NCBI GenBank assembly: GCA_965221775.1
Contig: CBDCSU010000002.1
Coordinates: 1 to 29,627, forward strand
Reading direction: 5' to 3'
Length of the DNA stretch: 29,627 nt
Source: Candidatus Latescibacterota bacterium
GTDB taxonomy: Bacteria; Latescibacterota; UBA2968; UBA8231
Each line of letters starts with the position of its first letter. Position 1 is the first letter of the stretch. Shown one piece after another: positions 23,854-29,627 of the stretch. A program made the translations under genes and the position numbers. The notes under the pieces are model-generated. The model searched no databases, was not told where the DNA came from, and was given only the letters and a program-made list of their open reading frames with translations.

Positions 23854-23925
23854 TGAAGGACAGAACCCATCTCGCCTGCTGGCGGCTGCCCGCCGAAGGC
23901 GGGGAGGCCGCGCCCTGAGATGCCA
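23854..23925 (+). repeat. Direct repeat copy 2 (orphan 3' end of the propeller gene)
   Basis: Encodes KDRTHLACWRLPAEGGEAAP* versus KDRTHLACWRLPAAETGQAAP* in the intact gene. Confidence 0.95.
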
Positions 23926-23940
23926 GCGGCTGCCGCCTGA

Positions 23941-24705
23941 ATGGACCGCCTTCGCCCCGTCCTGCTCCTCGACGTGGACGGGGTCATCCTCGACAACGAG
24001 CGCTGGGAGGAGGAGTCCGCGCGGCTGGGCGGGCCGGCCCTGGCCTCTCTGCTGGGCGGCGATCCCCGGGCGTGGGCGGCCCACCAGGAGAGGGTCTGGC
24101 AGGAGGTGTGGAGGCGCGGCTGCCGCGAGTTCCGCGGCGACGCGGGGCTCCGCGGGCTCAACCTCTCCCGCTGGTGGGACCGGGTCGAGGCGGAGTGGAT
24201 CGCGGAGGTGTGCGGAGTCGTCGGCGTCGCGGCCCCGGAGACGTTCGAGGAGCGGGTCGATGTTGCGGAGCGGGCAACGGTCCACATCCTCGAGAACACG
24301 GAAGGCTTCTTCCCCGGGGCCGCGGAGGCGATCGAGGAACTCTCCGGCCGCTTCGAGATCCACATGGCGTCGGGGAACCCCTCCTTCGTCGTCGAGACGG
24401 TGCTGCGCAGGCTGGGCGTGAGAGACCGGGTCGGGGGACCTTTCGGCTCCGATCTGGTCGGCTGTCAGAAGGGAGACTCGCGGTTCTATCCGGCCATCCT
24501 CGAGGCCGTGGAAGCCGTACCTTCTCTTGCGATCGTGGTGGACGACGGTGAGGAGCCCCTCGCTTCCGCGCGTGCGGCCGGGCTGAGGACGGTCAAGGTG
24601 GGAGGCGCTGCCTCGAACGAGTCCGACTTGGCGGTGGGATCTCTCGCCGAGCTGCCGGATGTCATTTCAGAGGTCGTGGAACTTACCGAAACGGAGACTG
24701 AATGA
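23941..24705 (+). CDS. HAD-superfamily hydrolase
   Basis: Motif I LLLDVDGVILD, motif II MASGN, motif III K (GCQKG), motif IV VVDD....ASARAAGL. Confidence 0.85.
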   Translation: MDRLRPVLLLDVDGVILDNERWEEESARLGGPALASLLGGDPRAWAAHQERVWQEVWRRGCREFRGDAGLRGLNLSRWWDRVEAEWIAEVCGVVGVAAPETFEERVDVAERATVHILENTEGFFPGAAEAIEELSGRFEIHMASGNPSFVVETVLRRLGVRDRVGGPFGSDLVGCQKGDSRFYPAILEAVEAVPSLAIVVDDGEEPLASARAAGLRTVKVGGAASNESDLAVGSLAELPDVISEVVELTETETE

Positions 24706-24992
24706 GCGACGACAGAGAGCCTTCGGCCGAACCGGCCGCCACCGAGGCGGATCGCAGAGCCCCCGCGACTGACAGTCCACGGGCCCGCCACCTCGTCTAC
24801 ATCCTCCTGGGGATCCTCTACCTCCTCCACAACGACCTGTGGCTGTGGAACGACGGCCGCCTGGTGGCCGGCCTGCCGGCGGGGCTGGTCTACCACGTCG
24901 GCTTCTGCGCCGCCGCCTCGGGGGTGCTCTACCTGCTGGTGACCCGGGCCTGGCCGGCGCACCTGGACGAGCAGGGGGAGGAGCGGCCATGA
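24702..24992 (+). CDS. Small two-TM membrane protein (DUF3311-like) associated with the symporter
   Basis: LYLLHNDLWLW.....GLP.GL.YH. ATGA-coupled on both sides, directly upstream of the SSS gene. Confidence 0.7.
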   Translation: MSDDREPSAEPAATEADRRAPATDSPRARHLVYILLGILYLLHNDLWLWNDGRLVAGLPAGLVYHVGFCAAASGVLYLLVTRAWPAHLDEQGEERP

Positions 24993-26449
24993 CTCTCGCC
25001 GTCATCGCCGTCTACCTCGGGCTGGTGATCCTCGTCGGCTCCCTGAGCCACCGGCTCTTCCGGGGCACGGGCGAGGACTACTTCGTGGCCAGCCGCTCCA
25101 TCGGCCCCTTCCTGCTGCTCATGTCCCTCTTCGGGACCAACATGACGGCCTTCGCCATCCTCGGGGCCTCGGGCGAGGCCTACCACGAGGGCATCGGCGT
25201 CTTCGCCCTCATGGCCTCCGCCTCGGCCCTGGTCATCCCGTGCGTGTTCTTCTTCGTCGGCACGCGGGTGTGGGCCCTCGGCAAGCGCCACGGCTTTCTG
25301 ACGCAGGCCCAGTTCTTCCGCCAGCGCTGGCAGTCGGACGGGCTCGGGCTGCTGCTCTTCGTCGTGCTGGTGGCCCTGCTGGTGCCCTACCTGCTGATCG
25401 GCATCATGGCCGGCGGCCTGACTCTGCAGCAGATCACCGGCGGCCAGGTGCCGGAGTGGGCCGGCGGCCTGCTGGTCTGCGCCGTGGTCATGACCTACGT
25501 CTGCTACGGCGGCCTCCGCGGCACCGCCTGGGCCAACGCCTTCCAGACCCTGGTCTTCACCATCCTCGGCGGGGTCGCGTTCTACGTCATCATCAGCCGC
25601 CTGGGCGGCCTGCAGGCGGTGATGACCGCCCTCGGCGAGTCCCATCCCGACCTGCTGGTGCGGGGCGACCACATCAAGCCCCTGAAGCTGCTCACCTACA
25701 CCTGCATCCCCCTGTCGGTGGGCATGTTCCCGCACATGTTCATGCACTGGCTCACGGCGCGCAGCGCCGGCACCTTCCGCACGCCCCTGGTCCTCTACCC
25801 GCTGTGCATCGCCGCCGTGTGGGTGCCCAGCGTCCTCCTCGGCGTCTCGGGGCGTCTCGACTTCCCCGATCTGCAGGGGCCGGCGGCCAACTCGATCCTG
25901 GTGCGCCTCATCGACCTCCACGCCCCGGAGGTGATGGCCGGCCTGCTGGCGGCCGGGGTCTTCGCCGCGGTCATGTCCTCCCTCGACTCCCAGTCCCTGT
26001 CGGTGGGCACCATGTTCACCCAGGACATCGTCCGCCACTACGGCTTCCACAACCGCATGTCCGAGGGCCAGCAGGTCCTCTACGGCCGCCTCTTCGTGGC
26101 CCTCGTCCTGGTCGTCGCCTACGTCATCGCCCAGGTCTCGAACCGCTCGATCTTCCAGCTCGGGGTCTGGTCGTTCACCGGCTTCGCCTCCCTCTTCCCG
26201 GTGGTGGCGGCCGCCGTGTTCTGGCGCCGCAGCACCGCCTGGGGGGCCTTCGCCTCCATCGCCAGCGTCATCGTCCTGTGGACCTGGTTCTTCAGCCGCG
26301 GCTGGCAGAGCTCCGACCATGCCCTGGCCGGCGGCGTCATGCCCGTGGCCGTGATCCTCGCCGTCTCGACGGCCGCCATGATCCTCGTGTCGCTGGCCAC
26401 GCGGCCGCCGGACCGGGCCGTCGTCGACCGCTTCTTCCCCCGGGACTGA
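24989..26449 (+). CDS. Sodium:solute symporter (SSS) family transporter
   Basis: ATG 24989. EDYFVASRSIG, GGLRGTAWANAFQ, AAVMSSLDS, about 13 hydrophobic segments. Confidence 0.92.
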   Translation: MTLAVIAVYLGLVILVGSLSHRLFRGTGEDYFVASRSIGPFLLLMSLFGTNMTAFAILGASGEAYHEGIGVFALMASASALVIPCVFFFVGTRVWALGKRHGFLTQAQFFRQRWQSDGLGLLLFVVLVALLVPYLLIGIMAGGLTLQQITGGQVPEWAGGLLVCAVVMTYVCYGGLRGTAWANAFQTLVFTILGGVAFYVIISRLGGLQAVMTALGESHPDLLVRGDHIKPLKLLTYTCIPLSVGMFPHMFMHWLTARSAGTFRTPLVLYPLCIAAVWVPSVLLGVSGRLDFPDLQGPAANSILVRLIDLHAPEVMAGLLAAGVFAAVMSSLDSQSLSVGTMFTQDIVRHYGFHNRMSEGQQVLYGRLFVALVLVVAYVIAQVSNRSIFQLGVWSFTGFASLFPVVAAAVFWRRSTAWGAFASIASVIVLWTWFFSRGWQSSDHALAGGVMPVAVILAVSTAAMILVSLATRPPDRAVVDRFFPRD

Positions 26450-26455
26450 GCCGCC

Positions 26456-27748
26456 GTGAGGGTGGCCTGCATCGCCGCCGGCGCCGGCGGCATGTACTGC
26501 GGCAGCTGCATCCACGACAACACTCTGGCCGCGGCCCTGATGCGCCTCGGCGTCGACGCGACCCTGGTGCCGGCGTACACCCCCCTGCGCACCGACGAGG
26601 AGAGCGTCGGCCTGGAGCGCGTGTTCTACGGCGGCATCAACGTCTACCTGGAGCAGAAGTCCGCCGTCGTGCGGCGCCTGCCCTCCTGGGCGACGCGGCC
26701 CCTCGACCGGCCGGGCCTGCTGCGCTGGGTCGCCGGCCGCTTCGGCGCCTCCACCGAGGCGCGCGACCTGGGGGCCCTCACCCTCTCGGTGCTGCGCGGC
26801 GAGGAGGGGTTCCAGCGCCGCCGGCTGGAGGAGCTGGTCCGCTGGCTGGAGCGCGACCTGCGCCCGGATCTGGTGCAGCTGCCCAACACCATGTTCGCCG
26901 GGCTGGCGGGGCCCCTGAAGCGGCGTCTCGGAGGGCCGGTCCTGTGCGCCGTGCAGGGGGAGGAGATCTTCCTCGACCGGCTGGTGGAGCCCTACCGCGC
27001 GCAGGCCCGCGAGGAGTTGCGGAAACGCGCCGCCGACGTGGACGGGTTCGTGTCGCCGTGCGCGGCGTACGCCGACTACATGGCCGGCTACCTGGACGTG
27101 CCCCGGGAGCGCTTCCACGTGGTGCCCCTGGGGCTGCGGCTGGAGGGGCACGGCCCGCCGCCGGAAGCCGCGCGCGGCCCGGGGCCGTTCCGCATCGGCT
27201 TCCTGGCCCGCATCTGCCCGGAGAAGGGACTGCACGTGGCCGCCGGCGCCCTGCGCCTGCTGGCGGAGCGCCTGGGGCCGGAGGCGGTGCGCCTGGAGGC
27301 GGCCGGCTGGCTGGGCCCGGCGGACGAGGCCTACTACGAGGAGGTGAGGAGCGGACTCGAGGCCGACGGACTGGCCTTCGAGTACCGCGGCAGCGTGGAC
27401 CGGGCTGCCAAGATCGAGTTCCTTCGGAGCCTGCACGCGCTCACCGTGCCGGCCCCCTACCACGAGCCCAAGGGGCTGTACGTGCTCGAGGCGCTGGCCA
27501 ACGGGGTGCCCGTGGTGCAGCCCCGGCACGGCGCCTTCCCGGAGCTGGTGGAGGGCACCGGCGGCGGGCTGCTGGTGGGGGCGGCCGATCCGGAGCCGGT
27601 GGCAGCCGGCCTGCAGACGCTCTGCGAGGACGAGGACCTGCGCCTGCGCCTCGGGCGCCAGGGCCACGCGGCCGTGCACGAGAGCCGCGGCGACGCGGTG
27701 ATGGCGGAGCGCACCCGCGACGTGTACGAGCGCTTTCTGGCGGGGTGA
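26456..27748 (+). CDS. Glycosyltransferase family 4 (GT-B)
   Basis: IGFLARICPEKG, YHEPKGLYVLEALANGVPVV (Ex7E). N-terminal GAGGMYCGSC. Confidence 0.88.
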   Translation: MRVACIAAGAGGMYCGSCIHDNTLAAALMRLGVDATLVPAYTPLRTDEESVGLERVFYGGINVYLEQKSAVVRRLPSWATRPLDRPGLLRWVAGRFGASTEARDLGALTLSVLRGEEGFQRRRLEELVRWLERDLRPDLVQLPNTMFAGLAGPLKRRLGGPVLCAVQGEEIFLDRLVEPYRAQAREELRKRAADVDGFVSPCAAYADYMAGYLDVPRERFHVVPLGLRLEGHGPPPEAARGPGPFRIGFLARICPEKGLHVAAGALRLLAERLGPEAVRLEAAGWLGPADEAYYEEVRSGLEADGLAFEYRGSVDRAAKIEFLRSLHALTVPAPYHEPKGLYVLEALANGVPVVQPRHGAFPELVEGTGGGLLVGAADPEPVAAGLQTLCEDEDLRLRLGRQGHAAVHESRGDAVMAERTRDVYERFLAG

Positions 27749-27770
27749 CCCGAAGGAGGAGGAACTCACC

Positions 27771-28235
27771 ATGACGTGGCTGCTCTTCGCGCTGATGTCC
27801 GTGCTGTTCTGGGGGACCTACGGCGTGCTGCTGCACACCGGCGTGACGGCCATGGCCGATCCCGTGAACGGCCGGTTCAAAGCCTTCCTCTTCGTCGGCG
27901 CCGCCTACCTGCTGGTGGCCGTCCTCGGCTCGCTGATCGTGCTGAAGATCAACGGCGCCCAGTGGCAGAGCCTGCCCGCCGCCGGCGTCACCTGGTCGAC
28001 CCTCGCCGGGGTGGCGGGCGCCGTGGGCGCCCTGGGGGTGCTGCTGGCCTTCGGCGCCGGGGGCTCGCCCGCCGTGGTCATGTCCCTGGTCTTCGCCGGG
28101 GCCCCGGTGGTCAACGCCGCGGTGGCCATGGCCGTGCACCCGCCCGCCGGCGGCGTCCTCAACTGGCCCTTCCTGCTCGGTGTGCTGATGGCCGCCGCGG
28201 GCGGCTGCCTGGTCACCCTCTACCGTCCCACCTGA
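27771..28235 (+). CDS. Five-TM membrane protein, DMT/EamA-like
   Basis: Strong RBS AGGAGG. W....FWGTYG, AGAVGALG, VMSLVF.GAPVVNA. Five hydrophobic segments. Confidence 0.7.
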   Translation: MTWLLFALMSVLFWGTYGVLLHTGVTAMADPVNGRFKAFLFVGAAYLLVAVLGSLIVLKINGAQWQSLPAAGVTWSTLAGVAGAVGALGVLLAFGAGGSPAVVMSLVFAGAPVVNAAVAMAVHPPAGGVLNWPFLLGVLMAAAGGCLVTLYRPT

Positions 28236-28239
28236 GCCC

Positions 28240-28662
28240 GTGGCCTCCGAGTTCCGCACCACCCGCCGCATCGAGTTCGAGGACACGGACGCGGCCCGCA
28301 TCGCCCACTTCTCCCGCTTCTACGTCTTCATGGAGCAGGCCGAGCACGCCTTCCTGCGCTCCCTGAACCTGTCCGTGGAGATGGAGCTGGAGGGCCGCCG
28401 TCTCGGCTGGCCGCGGCTGGCGGCGTCGTGCGAGTTTCTCGAGCCGGTGCGCTTCGAGGAGGAGGTCGAGGTCCACCTCACGGTGAAGCGCAAGGGGGAG
28501 AAGTCGATGACCTACGCCGTCGAGTTCTCCCGCCGCGGCCGGCCCGTGGCCCGCGGCGAGATCACCTCCGTCTGCTGCGAGTGCGGGGAGGACGGGTCCC
28601 TCACCGCGATCCCGATCCCCGAGGTCTTCGCCTCCCGGATCGAGGAGCACGGACGGGCCTGA
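28240..28662 (+). CDS. Acyl-CoA thioesterase (4HBT/YbgC hotdog fold)
   Basis: RRIEFEDTDAARIAHFSRF...MEQAE, CEFLEPVRFEE, KSMTY. Confidence 0.85.
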   Translation: MASEFRTTRRIEFEDTDAARIAHFSRFYVFMEQAEHAFLRSLNLSVEMELEGRRLGWPRLAASCEFLEPVRFEEEVEVHLTVKRKGEKSMTYAVEFSRRGRPVARGEITSVCCECGEDGSLTAIPIPEVFASRIEEHGRA

Positions 28663-28780
28663 TGCCTGCGCGCGCCGTCTCGCGTGAGTCTCGCGGCGTT
28701 GCGCGCTGCCGGCGGGTCCCCTGCCCGCCTTCGCCGCGCGCCCTCCTTCGCAGGCGAACCCGCGCCCGCGGGAACTGAAG

Positions 28781-29479
28781 TTGTCCGGTCCGCAGGAACC
28801 CCGCGCCCCGGCCCTGGTCCTGCGCCGGCTGAGCAAGTCCTTCGACGGCGCCGACGGCGCCGTGCCCGTCCTCGCCGGGATCGACCTGACCGTGGAGGCG
28901 GGCGCGTCGGTGGCGGTCACCGGCCCTTCCGGATCGGGCAAGAGCACCCTCCTGCACCTGATCGGCAGCCTCGACGAGCCCACCGGCGGCGGCCTCGAGG
29001 TGGACGGCGTCGACCCCTTCTCCCTCGGAGAGAGGGAGCTGGCCCGCTTCCGCAACGACGCGGTCGGCTTCGTCTTCCAGGACCACCATCTGCTGCCGCA
29101 GCTCGACGTGCTGGAGAACGTGCTGATCCCCACCCTCGCCTTCGGCACCCCCGATGAGACCGACGAGGAGCGCGCCCGGGAGCTGATCGAACGCGTCGGC
29201 CTCTCCCACCGCCTCGGGCACCGGCCGGGACAGCTCTCCGGCGGCGAGCGCCAGCGCGCGGCGGTGGCCCGGGCCCTGATCCGGCGGCCACGGCTGCTGC
29301 TGTGCGACGAGCCCACGGGCAGCCTCGACCGGAACACGGCCGGGGCCGTGGCCGACCTGCTCTTCGAGCTGCACGCCGAGGAGGAGGCCCTGCTGCTGCT
29401 GGCCACCCACAACGAGGCGCTGGCGCGGCGCTGCGACCGCGTCCTCGAGCTGCGCGACGGACGGTGCTCCGAAGTCTGA
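28781..29479 (+). CDS. ABC transporter ATP-binding protein (LolD/MacB type)
   Basis: Walker A GPSGSGKST, GFVFQ.HHLLP, LSGGERQR.AVARAL, LLCDEPTGSLD, ATHN. Exact start uncertain. Confidence 0.92.
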   Translation: MSGPQEPRAPALVLRRLSKSFDGADGAVPVLAGIDLTVEAGASVAVTGPSGSGKSTLLHLIGSLDEPTGGGLEVDGVDPFSLGERELARFRNDAVGFVFQDHHLLPQLDVLENVLIPTLAFGTPDETDEERARELIERVGLSHRLGHRPGQLSGGERQRAAVARALIRRPRLLLCDEPTGSLDRNTAGAVADLLFELHAEEEALLLLATHNEALARRCDRVLELRDGRCSEV

Positions 29480-29627
29480 TCCACTACCGGCGGGTGCACG
29501 CCGCCACGGCCCTCGCCGCGGCGGTGTGCGCGGCCGTCCTCGCGGGGGCCCTGGTGGTGGGCGACTCGGTGCGGACCAGCCTGCGGAACCTGACCCTGGA
29601 GCGCCTGGGGCGGGTGGAGCACGCCGT
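29464..29627 (+). CDS. ABC transporter permease (FtsX/MacB-like), N-terminal fragment running off the window
   Basis: Not in the ORF track. GTG 29464: MLRSLIHYRRVHAATALAAAVCAAVLAGALVVGDSVRTSLRNLTLERLGRVEHA, a typical first TM of these permeases. Overlaps the ATPase stop. Confidence 0.75.
   Translation, partial: MLRSLIHYRRVHAATALAAAVCAAVLAGALVVGDSVRTSLRNLTLERLGRVEHA

Noticed and set aside
21016-23925. Integron cassette array or CRISPR array explaining the TA cassettes and repeats
   Set aside because: No integrase, no recognisable attC structure and no regularly spaced repeats. The repeats are copies of gene ends.
28663-28780. GC-rich stem-loops before the ABC ATPase as a riboswitch or terminator
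   Set aside because: Short GC pairings are expected at this composition. There is no U-tract or recognisable riboswitch consensus.
1-29627. tRNA, rRNA, transposase or RiPP precursor genes
   Set aside because: None recognised by eye. Intergenic spaces are short, and the small ORFs are explained as TA partners, the RRM protein or membrane proteins. Covariance-model searches were not run.

Overview
Very GC-rich bacterial DNA. The gene families, especially the many secreted 'xDWPQWRGP'-type PQQ-like beta-propeller proteins, suggest an Acidobacteriota/PVC/Latescibacterota-like organism, but the taxon cannot be fixed from this window. The left part (minus strand) holds a DnaE2-like DNA polymerase III alpha subunit running off the window edge (absent from the ORF track), a lactonase, an RRM RNA-binding protein and a beta-propeller protein. 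A vapBC-type toxin-antitoxin (TA) pair follows, coupled to a collapsed, multiply deleted type I restriction hsdR remnant. From 7283 to the window end runs a ~22 kb co-oriented, largely translationally coupled cluster with no PKS/NRPS core. It contains five PQQ-like beta-propellers, a GriC/EhpF-like adenylating enzyme, a GriD/EhpG-like aldehyde-dehydrogenase-fold protein, an Fe-alcohol dehydrogenase, a HemN-like radical SAM enzyme, a PaaK-like CoA ligase, a flavin-dependent halogenase-like enzyme, a HAD hydrolase, a small membrane protein with a sodium:solute symporter, a GT4 glycosyltransferase, a DMT-like membrane protein, a thioesterase and a LolD/MacB-type ABC exporter. This cluster is the best candidate for an uncharacterised biosynthetic system. 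Two lower-GC TA-like cassettes interrupt it. The second is bracketed by a decayed copy of the halogenase 3' end and a near-identical copy of a propeller gene 3' end. All functional calls come from motif recognition by eye; no database searches were run.
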